A stretch of 59,963 bases of DNA, the filler included, from Catajapyx aquilonaris (taxonomy: Eukaryota): NCBI GenBank assembly GCA_000934665.2. It is 4 parts of 4 records of this genome, joined end to end, with 100 filler letters (N's around TTAATTAATTAA, not from the genome) between each part and the next. Parts side by side here need not be neighbours in the genome. Positions count along the whole stretch, not along the records: positions 30,020 to 44,968 come from JYFJ02007655.1; positions 45,069 to 59,963 come from JYFJ02007656.1; 2 more parts are not named here. One strand, given 5' to 3'. The position numbers were made by a program, and so were the translations under genes. Positions 36,909 through 50,059 of this stretch are shown piece by piece (the first letter of the stretch is position 1; each line of letters begins with the position of its first letter). The notes beneath the pieces are model-generated. The model was not told the origin of the DNA. It worked only from the letters and a program-made list of their open reading frames with translations, and did no database searches.

Positions 36909-39900
36909 TATTAGTTCTGCGAGCAGTATCAGTCTACCTGGCGATTGTCCGTGAGTTTCCCTTCACCCTGTATACAGGGTGTGATCCAAAATACTTTTGT
37001 TTGTTGGTATTAAGCTGCTTGTTTTAGCGGTTACTTGAGGGGTTATGAAAGGATGAGCTGCAAGATGAAACGGGGCTTTTGCCAGAAAGTTTATTGTTTA
37101 TCCGAACTTTGCGATGCGGCGGGGTAGGTAGGGCGGGGTGGGCTCCAAACCAGAGAGTTCTGCTGTAATATACAGGGTGATCAAACTTTTTTGTCGTTTT
37201 AGTTATTGACAAATTCGGCCTTAGCTGCTTATATTGTAGCCATGGCTAGCAACCAGTTGTTGAAATCGGAAATAACAACAGTTGATATTAGGGATTAAAC
37301 AACACTAAACATATGAAGGTTGATTCAAATTCCGGCATATGTGCGAGATTCTGGAACCCACACCACTTGGCTCAGGGCCGGAGGCCGGCCGCCCGGTCGT
37401 GCTGCCCAGAGCCATTGTGTGCCTTCCAGAATATTCCGGAAGCCACACACCATGGCTTGCAGACAGACGGTCGCATGGTCGGACTGTCCGGGTCGTGGTT
37501 TGAGACCGCAGCCCAGTGGCGTATCTGGGGGGTGCATAGTTCCAATTAAATGAAAATTATACAGCCATAGGTTGTCGGGACCACGTGTGTGGTTTCGGCA
37601 TTCATCCTCCGCGACCTCGTCTGTGGGGCCGCCTAGTGGCGTGATTTCTGTATTTAAGGAGGGGGGGGGCTTCGTGCCCGCACTCTTCCTGGTCGGAGCT
37701 CTGGAACAATACATTTGTCTTTTACCTTACCTGACTGGTTTGATTAACAACACCTGAGCTTGCTGGGTCTAGGGACATCCCGGGTCAGGGGGTTCCTCAC
37801 AAGGTATGAAAGGAACTGTAACCCAGATCATTGCAGATAGGTTACCATTAAAGTAATTGTGCAAAAGTAACTGTCCAAAAAGCAGTTGGACAAGAATTAT
37901 TAATTCAACCAGAGACATCTTCTGAGCCTTCAATTTCACCAATGTCACTTACAACATTATTTGGGGTGACCCTTCAAGTATTTTGGATCGCGCTATATAA
38001 CTGAGGCGCTATTGCAGAAAAGAAACTGCACTGAGATGGACAAAGAGTTTGGCTGATAACCTGTGTACTTGTTTGAAGTTGCAGCCCCATGTTATTTTAA
38101 GCCAGTATGCTGCAATTTTTTACGTTGCTAAATAAAGGGATCTAGGGGTACAAGAGGAAATGAAGTCGAAAAATTTTGAGCCCATTTCATGTCCACTCCT
38201 ACTTTTTTCCTACTTTATTGCATGGAGAGGCAATATAACATTGCAGAATATTGCACATAGACTTGTGCTGTTTCAACCAGACATTAACAGCTCACATGTT
38301 GAGGGAAAGTGCCACATGCATTGTGATGAGAATCTTTGTAAAAAGTGAGTTGATTGGGTAATTGCATGACACCGAATCTTAATATTGTCCTCTTTGTCTT
38401 TGACAGGCTGCCAAACCCCAGTCGGTGCAACGAGCATGACAGCGAGCAGAGCAACTGATACCTGAATTTGGCTGAACGAACTTGAAGCTTATTGCCCAAA
38501 TGTCACAAAACTGGATGCTACAGGGTGGTTCTACAAGTGACATTATTTGTATGTGGAGACTTCAAGTGGCAACAACAGTCTCCATCCTTTGGCGAAGCTG
38601 TCTTCTAGAGCTTCAGCTGAATGCACCTACCCATTGGTGCAGCCAACCTGCCGTGTTCCTGTGCCATTCTCTTAGAACTACAAGCAGTTTTCTGTGCCAA
38701 AGTACTGTCCACATTCAGCACCTTCAATCACCAAGCATGCACCAAGTTATGAGCAATTCCAGTACTGGTGTGTTAGACTAAGTGCTTGCTAAGTGCTCCT
38801 GACAATGAAGAAGACAGATCCTGGGGCCTGATAACATTTCATAGAACCAATGGATTTGGTCTTCAAGCTTTGCAAAGGGTCCAGACAGCTGAGGACTGAG
38901 TGGAAGGACTTGGAGGAGCAACATGGATACTGAGGCCTCTGGGACAATATGGGTGGGATGGGCTTCAATCCCCCAACCATCAAGAGATCCCTTGCGGGGT
39001 GCTGGCGGGGACGACGTGAGGGTGGCAGTTGGGAAGAAGACCCAGGGTCCTAATCCACGCCTTCTAATCGTTCAGGAGTAGATGCGACAGACGGCGTTAG
39101 ACCATCACCAGAAAATCTGCGTCTACGTCAACTGCCCCACAGCATCTTAATGGACCATCCACCAGTCATCAAAGAGTCATTCCATGTCAAATCATCCCAC
39201 TGATTCTGCCTTGACCCCTCACATTTTCATGAAACTTGGTGAACCAAGTGTGCTTACCTAGTTATGAATGAAAACCACAAAGATTTTTTTTTTTTTTTTN
39301 TTTTTTTTTTTTTTTGCGTGCAATTCAAAAGTAATGAACTATTCAAATTTTTATGAAGAATTTCTGCATCTTGAAGTAGTGAAGGACTATTTGCTCAGGA
39401 ACTAGACGAGATAGAAACCTGTGCAATGTCTCTCTTGAAAAGTCTCTTGATACTTTTTTTCCCCATATGTTGGCTATAGTGGCTGTGAACTCAAGGCCAT
39501 TGTTTTTTTTGCTGAATCCATGAACATTTTAGTGGCATCTTTTCACCTTCTGGTAAAGTGAAACCCAACCACTTGGCCTATAGGGATTCACTGTGCAAAG
39601 TATATCAGTAGAAGGAATCCAGAGCGCATCAGGTGGTGAAGGGGTAAGAAGAAGGTTCTGATGGGTGCAGAAATGTCACTTTCTAGAAATTTTGCAAAGG
39701 TGTGAAAACTCTTATCTCAACAAGGTCAAATAGCTAACAGCTGTCCACAAGATATCTCTGCAGATGATGTCTCAACTCATGTCCCTCTCTACCTTGTGTC
39801 ATGAGTTCCCTTGGGTGGATGACCTTGTCTCTCATATCTCCCATGGTGGCCAGTATCGGAGCACGTGTGTCACACTGCTGGTTTGGGGACAGGGAAAATG

Positions 39901-40269
39901 AGTGTGCAACCAGGGTTAACAATAACAACTTTGGTAGACAAATGTGGCCATTTCTGTACTTTAAGCTCCGGCTCCGGCTAATTATTCTTAATGAATCTAT
40001 GCATGTCAGAAGCCATTTTCATGTCATGTGTCGCATAAATGATTGCTCAGAAATTTCGCCGTTTCGCCCATTGCTGGCACCATTCAGGGCAATCTGGTGT
40101 AGGATGGTATGTTGGTTCAAGGCTTGCTGCGTAACTCATGGAATGCAGGAGAGGCAATGAAGGAAGTTGTTGGCCAGCCACTTTCTGCACGAGGTGCCCA
40201 ATTATCTGGGAAATGGCCCTCCTGTTGCCCCAGACAACCTCCCTAGTAATCACTCCTTTAATAACGGAA

Positions 40270-40415
40270 TGGGGATTGTGAAGTCCCGAATGGTGTTCTG
40301 GAAGAAGACTTATCTTAATCAAGGGCCAGGACAATTGTCACGTAAAGTATCTGCCAATACATTTTGTCAGTCACGCCTTTTCTGGGGAGGTAGAGAGTGT
40401 AAGCCCAGAGCTCCT
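40270..40415 (-). mobile_element. Degenerate LINE reverse-transcriptase C-terminal remnant
   Basis: Minus-strand FFQNTIRDF resembles the FFxRTIxDWNxLP motif at non-LTR ORF2 ends; heavily decayed. Confidence 0.35.
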
Positions 40416-40497
40416 TAGTTTTGTTATCTGCGCTGCTCAATATTGATTGCATAATACTGGTGGTGTCATAAATGATTTTCTAATAATAATTCTCCGG

Positions 40498-40640
40498 CAC
40501 TTGATGATAATTCATATGAGAACCCGCACTGGTGAGAAGCTATATTCATGTCGTGGGTGAGATGATTTTTTCGCAATTGGCTCTTGATAATTCGCACAGG
40601 CGAGAAGCTATTTTAATGTCGTGTGCCATTCGTGAAATCT
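40498..40640 (+). pseudogene. Decayed C2H2 zinc-finger fragment
   Basis: IHMRTRTGEKLYSC and RTGEKLF*C linker remnants with stops and frameshifts. Confidence 0.5.
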
Positions 40641-41039
40641 TTATGTACTACTAAAATAGCAGGCACTGTAGTTATATCCGAGATTCTTGACATCTGTTTT
40701 TCCAACGGGAAATTCCAACTACGAAATGAAACTTGGTGATATAGGTTCCAATGAGTGCCACTACAAGTTGGTAGAAGCATGTCATTGTAGATCAACTCCA
40801 TTTATATCAGGCTCAGAATTGATTGATTCGCCCTCGTACTGTGCGAATAGTTGTGCGCTTAACATGGTGAATCTCCTGCTGCGCACGCTGCTTTGATTTT
40901 CCCGCCTAGTTTTTTTATTCTGGTAGCAAATAGAGTATATTCTTCTAGTGATTTACTATAATTAGAGTACAATCCTTGTTAATGTGGTTCCTTACCCTAA
41001 ATATTGAATGACTCTATGGGTATTTGTACCGAAGGGTAT

Positions 41040-41560
41040 CACAAGAAGGAATTTTGCAATGAAGATCTAGTTACGTGGCATAGGATGCAGTAGTCATCGT
41101 CGGAAAACGACTCTGTAAATCCAAATAATCCATTTAGGTCAAGATATCACACAAGTTACTTGAGATATTGTGCCCAATACATCATGGCCATCAATGCTAA
41201 CATTAATGCCGTCTGTTTGTAAATGGCGTATATCTTTCATTAATCTCTGCAGGACAGGTTGGTAGCCAAATTCTTTGATATCTTTCATGTAGCACGAGGC
41301 TAACAAATGCACATTATTGGAATTATACTGTTTGTCCACTTGCACCACAGTATAATGAAACACCCCTATACTGCCCTCGTTAACTGCGCAAAGGATTTGT
41401 AGTGCCCATAGCATCATAAAACAGTTGAATTAATAATAATCGGGTGTTCTGATCCAGTTTTTTCTGGCAAGTTTCCCCATCCCTGAAATCTTGCGAGACA
41501 CCACTGGTAGTAGGAGTTCTTAAAATCATTTCCAAATATGTCTTATTACGGCAATGAAGC
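41040..41560 (-). mobile_element. CACTA/EnSpm (CMC) transposase pseudogene fragment
   Basis: Frameshifted motifs LFYDAMGTTNPLRS, NVHLLASCYMKDIKEFGYQPVLQRLMKDIRHLQTDGI, GTISQV and LNGLFGFTESFSDDDYCILC occur in the order typical of animal EnSpm-like transposases. Confidence 0.75.
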
Positions 41561-44500
41561 TGTAGTGTTTGTGTGATTGAGATATATTGAAAGGTATTGT
41601 AGCACAGTACATTCCTGATTTTTCCGGTTGTTTTACCGTGCCAGATGCCCAATTAGGGCGGTGCACTAACCCAATTATTATTGTTGTTGTTGTTGTTGTA
41701 TTAACATGCCCCAATGATATGTAACAATCAAAGGGAGGTGGTCCAACATAATATTATCTTTTGTATTTTTGTATGTTACATTTTACCATAAGTTTAGGTC
41801 AATATTTTAGCACACGTTGTTTTAAACTCTGAATCTCTACATTTTGATGAGCTGGCAACATCGCTTATGACGTCACAGCGATGGTTCCGTATTTGAGGCA
41901 CGTTTTAAAACGAAGCCATGGGTAGACTTTTTGGTTATTACGCGGAAAACATTATAAGATAAGTCTCAGAAATTGTCTGCAGATCATCTAATAAAATAAT
42001 ATCTGTACCTTCAATGAAGAAAATGTTGTTCTCAAATTAACAAATCTTAAGATTTGACAGTTGAATATATGCACAGCCGGATTACTGAACGCCACTGCTG
42101 ACGTCACGCAAGAGCCCGGATGTAGCAAGTAGCAGGGAAGATATCAGTTGGCAACATTAGCTGACAGCCAGATATTTTGATATTAATCTGCAAATATTGG
42201 CAGAAAATGCGTCCCTCGCATTGGCTCAAATATCCGGAATATATTCTGTCCTGTTTGGGATATGCGTCGCACTGTCCAGCCTCCTTTTCATTCCGGTAGT
42301 TATATTAGCTACACCATTTAACTTGTTATCAGTCGGCGTCTTTTCCTCCCTTCATTTCATGGAAGCCGAACGTTTAGGTTGCATTTCGCCTCGGGTCCGA
42401 CTCAAGGGCCGCCCCTGGGTCCGCCCTGATGCTCTGCCCCTGCTGGAAGGTTCGGTGAGAGGTCAGGGGAGACGGGGGAGGTCGAATCGGGCCTTGTAAG
42501 GCTGGGCGTGGGCCAGAAACTCTGTTCCAAGGTGCAGGTAAAAAGTGGTGGTTCACACGGGCGTCGTTCGGCTTTGTCGTTGTCGTTGCGATAGTTCATC
42601 TAACTCTGGGTTCCAATTCCAGCCTTCCACTTCCCCGCATGCCCTTTGCAGATGTTATTATATTGTTACCGGTACCGTACTGAACATGTCCGTACAATTT
42701 TTGATTGTATTGTTTGATATCACGAAATAGGAGTTGTTTGTGGTTGTTACTTTTTGAACCCTTTCATCCATAAATTAAGGTTTTCAAGGCATGACAAAAG
42801 GCGAACGTTCTTATTTTGATTTCCAAAATCATTCGCCTCTGTAGCTATAACCTGGCAGCACAATCAGTGTGATGGTGCAAACATATGTCCTTTTAAAATT
42901 GTTTTTAAATTTGTTTGTGAGAGTCACAAAAAGAATCATACAATGCTACAATGTTCGATACTCTTCCAGTTATGTTTGCGCGTCGTGATTCGTGCTGTAC
43001 TTCCTTTAGAGGTTGCTTGGGTTCCCGGAATGGTTTCTCCTTCATTGTCGGAGCCTGAGAGAGGTGACAATGTGGACGACGGAGATGTCCGCTTGCTCTT
43101 TCTGTTCAGCTGGTTAATATATATGTAGCAATACTAACTGTCGTGCGATTGTAATATTTACATGTAATGTCGCCATGCTGCAGGTATTTACGGGGATAGA
43201 GCATTTCCAATCGATTTTAAAAATATGAAATTAAACGAAAATGCAGTAGTCATAATATTCTATTAGTATCCGGCTCTAGTATCTATCTGTAATAGCGGCT
43301 TATTGGGATATGTTGAATAATAATTATTCGACATAAGGACTCATCATGGCTGACCCTCCTCGTCGTTTGGTCGAGAGCTCTCTCATAGTGAGTTTCATCC
43401 GTATATGAAAAAATCGGAGAAAAGGGGAAGCCAACAATGGCTTAAGATAAATAGTTATGCAGAGGGGGAAATTTCCTTTTGGTAATAAATACCTGAAGGA
43501 ACGGTGCTACAATGTTCGATACTCTTCCAATTATGTTTGGGCGTCGTGATTCGTGCTGCACTTCCTTTATATGAGTTGCCTGTCGTTAGATGTTGGCCCT
43601 GTAGAAAGTTACTTGTCACTCCCACTTGGAAAAGGTGACTCAGGTAAATTTTGGCCCATTATTATTATGTGACGGCTTCCGGTTAGATGTATCACCCATG
43701 TCGACTCTCTCTAACGAGATCTTATGAGAAGATCTTTGCTTCGACCACATTCTGGTAAAACCGTTTTGCTTTTTGGACTGTTTCCAGAATTCTTGAATTT
43801 TACCTCGAAGGCTACTTCCTCAAAGAAATTTCCCTGTCGAATTATGATATTGCTTTGGTTTGACTTGTTTTGTTTATAACGACGCAAACTCTGATGGGAC
43901 TACTCTGGGCTGTACCAGGGCCTGCGTCTCATGTAAGTTATTGACATATAATGTGCCGTTCATTAAAAGTGTAGCAGGCCAGCCATTGTGGCTCATACAG
44001 TTATACTGCATATTATATTCGCATATTAAATATCATTAATACAGTGTCCAATTCCTGCGAATGCTTGACATTGTGGGTCTGCAATGAAGGCAGGTGAATT
44101 GATTTTTACTTATCATGTAAGTTACGTATATGATTACTTTAGAAGTTTAGAGCATCTGACACGTGCTCAAGTTTTTTTTAAAAAAAATATTACCTGTATG
44201 TGAGATTCCTATACTTGGGTTCTTCCTTATTCGCTGGTGCCCCATTTTTTGGGACCGTAATGGGTGATGATATACTCACTGCTGTGACAATCAACATTTT
44301 GATTATTATTATTATCACGATATTTTACGTTCATGTGAGAAAAAATGAAGGGTGTCGGAGACTTGAATGCGTTTCTCACTGAAGCAGAAACTAACGGAAT
44401 GTATTTTGACGCCTTTCAGCATTGTAGTGGCTGAGCTGTAGCATCACTTGCACGGGTTTCATATGCCTGTGGAGTGAAATGATTGATGTAGCACATAATC

Positions 44501-44968
44501 CAGACGCGCACTAGAATGCAATAATTTGAATGTTCATCTGGATTTAGAAGCATGATTCCTTCGATTCTGCTTCTCCAGTAGTCTATACAGTCCGGCCTTA
44601 TTATTATTATTATTATGTCAGGCTACTGCTTCTCGTGGTGGTCCTAATCCCATATCGGCATCACTCGACTTCTGATCTCGACCCATGCGATGCGATAATA
44701 ATCCGATTGCTCATTCATCATTTTTATTCATGCTGTTTGTATAGCAGGCGTTCAAATTCACCTGAAAGTTCTCAACTCTAGAACAAAGGCCTTCATCACT
44801 ACTGAGAGGATAGATATTGAAAATCTGAATCTCACTCTACCCCATGATGTAAGTTAATGTAATACAAGCTGTAACAACCTCCATCAAAAGGTACCGCGGT
44901 CCACTGAAAAATCGATCCTAGAAGACATCCTGACGTATGCTCCTGTATCTTACTGAAGCAAAAGTCTG

Positions 44969-45068
44969 NNNNNNNNNNNNNNNNNNNNNNNNNNNNNNNN
45001 NNNNNNNNNNNNTTAATTAATTAANNNNNNNNNNNNNNNNNNNNNNNNNNNNNNNNNNNNNNNNNNNN
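44969..45068. other. Artificial contig spacer
   Basis: N44-TTAATTAATTAA-N44. Confidence 0.97.
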
Positions 45069-45689
45069 CCACCATTGCACCTAGAAACTCAGGTCAGCTT
45101 TGTAGACCTGACAGGAGAAGTGGAACAGATATTTGGATATCCACAGAGAGTGGACTTCAGGTTACTGCATGACTTTTATTACCCGTTTATGTGCACTAAG
45201 GATGATCCAATGTCTTGCTGGTGTCTCTTTACCTTCATGTTGGTAGTACCTGGATTGTTTTGGGGATGCGTTTTATCTCACCAAGTTTATTGATTCTTGC
45301 AATGTTAGTAATGTAATAGTCAATTAAATTTGTTATTCTTACTCTGTTTTATGTAATAATAAAGCATTTAAAAAAATTCCTCTTGGGTCTAATTAAATGC
45401 CACTGATCAAGACGGTTCATTCAAGATTCTAGAACAGTCCACACATGTCTGGGTGTGCCCATATGACATTAGCTCTGGGGACGGTACTGGGTGTTTTAAT
45501 TGTAACTGTGGGGACATTTTCCAAATATTTGGTCCCCACAGCTAAAATGCCTGATGTGGTACTACTTCAGTGGGGACATGCACCCACAATGGGGTTTTCC
45601 AAAATTCCATTTCCAATTCCAATTCCAGTGTGACCCCACTAAAATAACCTCTCTCATGATACCAAGGGCAATTCAGGGCTGCACTTGCT

Positions 45690-45908
45690 CTTACTGGCGT
45701 GTGGGAGGCGGGAGGGTAGTAGTCGGTGGGGGCAGGGGGCTGTGTCGCCAAGATAGGTCTGTATCCGCAAGGAAGGAAGGTTAGGCTTGGTTAGGTTGGG
45801 TTGGTACAGCATACCCATTCCAAAATCCAAAAAATCAATCTGCCTTTGCGACATAGCCAAGCTGCCCCCAGCCACCACTCACCCTCCCGCCTCCCGCACG
45901 CCAGTAAG
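45690..45908. mobile_element. MITE-like inverted repeat with internal GGTTAGG runs
   Basis: CTTACTGGCGTGTGGGAGGCGGGAGGGT ... ACCCTCCCGCCTCCCGCACGCCAGTAAG. Confidence 0.65.
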
Positions 45909-46959
45909 GGTTATTCTTTCCCAATTCAGTAACACTTCTAATTACTGCCACTCAAATAAGTTGGGAACACCTGGATTTTTGTTTTTTGCATATAGAAGAA
46001 CAAACAACAAAAGCCAAAGTTTTGCCTGACTTAGAAGCCATAGTGACACACGTACTGTGTGAGTTTCAGCTTCAGGTCCTTCCAAACGTATTTATTACAC
46101 AGGCCTGCGATGAAATTTTTTTCTGGAAAGTGAGAGGTGTTTCTTATGTATTTTTTTAATGCTGATTTCGGGGAAAATACGAAAAAACTTCTATCACGTA
46201 CAGTTTCGACACAAATCGAGAATTTCTGGCTGGTTGCGTACATACTGGGCGCGCTGCTATAAAAATGTGTCAAACCAATATTTAGCTTAGAAAAATAGGT
46301 ATTTCAGGTCAACGACGATAAATTAGAACCGAAAGTAGAAAAATGTTAAAATGTTAAAATTTAATTTATAACCTCTAATGTGGCAACACCTGAACCGCGC
46401 GGTAGGGTGGGTGCATAGAAAACATATATATATTTTTTTCCACGAGTACATGTAAGTATTATTTCGCAGGCCTGTGTAATGGAAAGGATGTGCATTGTGA
46501 ATATCACATAATAATATCATATCTGACCTGCTCTGTTGCATGAACATTGTTTCCGTCCATCACTTAGCGCTTATCCTCTTCAGTGGCGCTAAGGACTGCA
46601 AAATGGAGAGTATTGGTGTCATATCTGCTAACCACTCGATAAAACTACTATCGTGCACCTATATCAGTCGAGCAAATGAAAACAATGCCCACATCGTCGA
46701 ACGTTGCGTAACACTCAGCAAACTTTGTGCCGTACAGTGTCAACACAATTTCCGGGACATCACTTCGCTATGGGGGTGTTAATAAGCGGAGATGGATTAC
46801 ACGTGACCTTGGTTCAAAAAAACATATCCTTCGAGACTCAATTGTTCAAATTAACTCAAGGTCGCAGCTCAAGAATGTGCAAATACTTTCCTGATAAGCT
46901 GTACTACAGGCCGCTCGTTTGGTTCAGCGTAGTGTATGTGTAGTTATCGACTTTTTCAT

Positions 46960-47800
46960 ACTAAGCAGCTTATTATTACAATATTTGCTAAATTAGCTGC
47001 TTATTATTAGCCTACAAACGAAATAAACAGCTTAGCATGATTGCAAAATAACTAAGCCAATTATTAACATGTTTGCAAAATTAATTATTAACGTGTTTGC
47101 AAAATTAATTCATTAATTAATTATTAACATGCTTGCAAAATGAATTACTTAATTAATAACCTGTTTGCAAAATGAATGAATGAATTAATAACGTGTTTGC
47201 AAAATGAATGAATGAATTAATAACATGTTTGCAAAATGAATTAATTATTAACATGTTTGCAAAATTAACTGCTTATTACTAGCGCAGGTTGCAAAATCTG
47301 CTGCTTATTATATTTGCACAATTACCGCCTGCTTATTATTCAGAATAATTGCAAAATTAACTGCTCATTATAAGCATATCTATAGAATTTGCTGATTATT
47401 ATTAGCGTACTGGGGTACTTATTATGTGCGTGTTTGCAAAAAATGTGCTTATTCGCATGTTTGCAAAATTAGCTGCTAATATTAGCATATTTACAACTTA
47501 GCTGCTTAGGGGTCATATTTGCAAAAATAACTTATTAGTATGTTCGAAAAATTAACTCATTATTACCTTATTTGCGCAATTAGATGCTTATTATTCAGAA
47601 TATGTGCGAAATGAACTGCTTATTATCAGCATATCTGCAGAATTATCTGGTGATTATTATTAGCACATATGACAAATTAACTGCTTATTACTAGCATATT
47701 TGCAAAAAATAACTGCTTATGAGCATGTTTGCGTGGTTAGCTGATTATCATATGCAAAATTCGCTGCTTTTCATATTTGCGAAATTAGCTGCTATTATTT
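46960..47800 (+). repeat. AT-rich minisatellite, ~30-bp unit (consensus ~TTTGCAAAATTAACTGCTTATTATTAGCATA)
   Basis: Roughly two dozen diverged tandem copies are visible. Confidence 0.85.
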
Positions 47801-50059
47801 TCAAAATTTCGTATTTTGACCATTTGGCATCCGGTCGTACTTTGCGTTATAAACAACACATGCCAATAATATTGTTATAGCAACAAAAGGATGTTAACAA
47901 ATCGTTGAACGTCACACTTCCAGTCACCAACCCCCATTGATGAGTCACGACTCCACACACCAGACCCCCCTGCACCAGACATGTCAACAAACACTCTTAA
48001 AAATAAAACACACCTACCCGGAATTGAGGTCCCAACCGTGTGTCCCAGAAGAAGAAGAAACACGGCTCACTACTAATAACACGTGCGCAGCATTCCGAGT
48101 TATTTACAGACACTCCTCTCTTTCTCAGCAGGGAATCCAGCAGTGTATGTGAATGTGTGTGTGTGTGTGCCTCAACCCAAACCGCCTCGCGAGAGTTTCT
48201 TTCCGGATATAAATCGCGTGTTGAGAAGCAAAAAAATGGGCTGGCTTCACCTGGGAGGGGGAAAAAAAATGCATATGTTACATACGGTCGGACCCGTAAT
48301 AGGACCGCGATTGTGAAGTGTGACGTCAAAGACGGTGGTGTGTGCTTTTACGTGATAAGTGAAGGGTTTTTTTAGTGTCATTTTTACGTGTGGTTGGAAT
48401 GATTCAAGCGACTGGTTCTTATTTTAGTTTGGGATTTTTTGGGCTCAATTTTGCCAGATGGAAACACGGAAACATTGATATCATTATCATAATTGCTTCT
48501 GTGCGACTTTTTAATGTAATTTTATATATCTTAGTTAATTAAAATTTTTAATTAACTAATCTACATTTATTTAATCATTACTTAGATATTTTATTATATT
48601 AATTTAATGTATTTACCTTGTTTATTAATTGTTAAATAATTCGGCTAGTAATATATGTAATAATTTGGCTATTAATATTTTTAATTCAGTCGAGTATTTA
48701 TTTACCGTATTTATTAATTAATTAAATAATTCAACTATTAATATCTAATTCAGGTAATTATTTAACAATTCGGATATTTACATATATTCACTAATTTAGT
48801 TATTCGTATATTTGATTTGGTTATTAATATATGTAACTTGGCTATTAATATATTGCTAAATCTGTTATTGACATTTAATAAATTTAGTACATAATTCTCA
48901 ATTAATTTAATTACTAATCAGGCTATGTTGGTTATTAATATATTTAATTAGTTTAGTTAATTAATTCGTCTATTTTATTAATTTAATTTAATTCATTTTG
49001 ATTGATTTATTGACTTTCATTAGTTTACTTTAATGACCTACTTATATTTTAATGAATATATTGGAATTGGTTTTAATTAATAAATTAAGCTTAGTACTTA
49101 TTTAAAAATAAGAAGTACCACCTTTAGCACAGTCTGGCATATCTACGTTTTTTTCCCCTCATAGCAATTTTTTTATACGGTACAGCTCCGTACAGTACCT
49201 ACTCCAAGGTTACATACTTACATTACTGGTTTCCTTGACCGTGTTGAATTGCTAATTTATTACGCCTGTTTTTACAACCGACAGAGCGGAAAAAAACGAC
49301 CGGAAACTGCCCTCCCCCCCCCCCCACCCTTCAAGCAAATGACTGGCGCAATGTTGTTTTTCTTCCTTATTTGCATAAGTTCGGCAATAGGTGAAGGATT
49401 AAATCAAGCAAATAAAGATAAATAATATTAAGATAACAATTCTGGGTGTACCGGGTTCCAGATAAGATAAGGTGTTTACTCCAGCAATATGATGAAAAAT
49501 AAATTGTAATACTTTTTTAAATTTAGCTGCACCTCATTGTCGACTATATTTACATGTTGCATAAGAATAATGAGAGGCCGTACTCAGTTTCATTGTTTTA
49601 TTTGGTATAAAAATACTTTTGCGTGTATGACTTTATGTACTGTATATTGTAAATTACTGTACAGTACTGTACAATTTTCATGAAGAATCAAGTTTCTTCC
49701 ACTGCGCCCTGCAAAGTTGTTTATTTTTGTATAAACTATGTGAGCATATTTTTACGTACAATCGGAATTTCCAAGGACGGCTGGTTTACCCGCGGTATGA
49801 CTCAACGTGATGTACTCGGTACATACATACGACAGTACGAACAGGAAAAAAAAAAAAACGGAATATTTTTTTCCTCCTCAAATTTCCGCCATTTTCATAC
49901 ACTTAAATATTTTTGAGCTATTCTTGCAATTCACGCAATATATATTTTTCCTCCTCATGAACATGCCGCACACCGCATGACCTTTCGTACCGAGTAAATT
50001 TTTTATGCCTATTAAGAACCGGTATCGTTATTCATATACGCTGTAATTATTATCCTATA

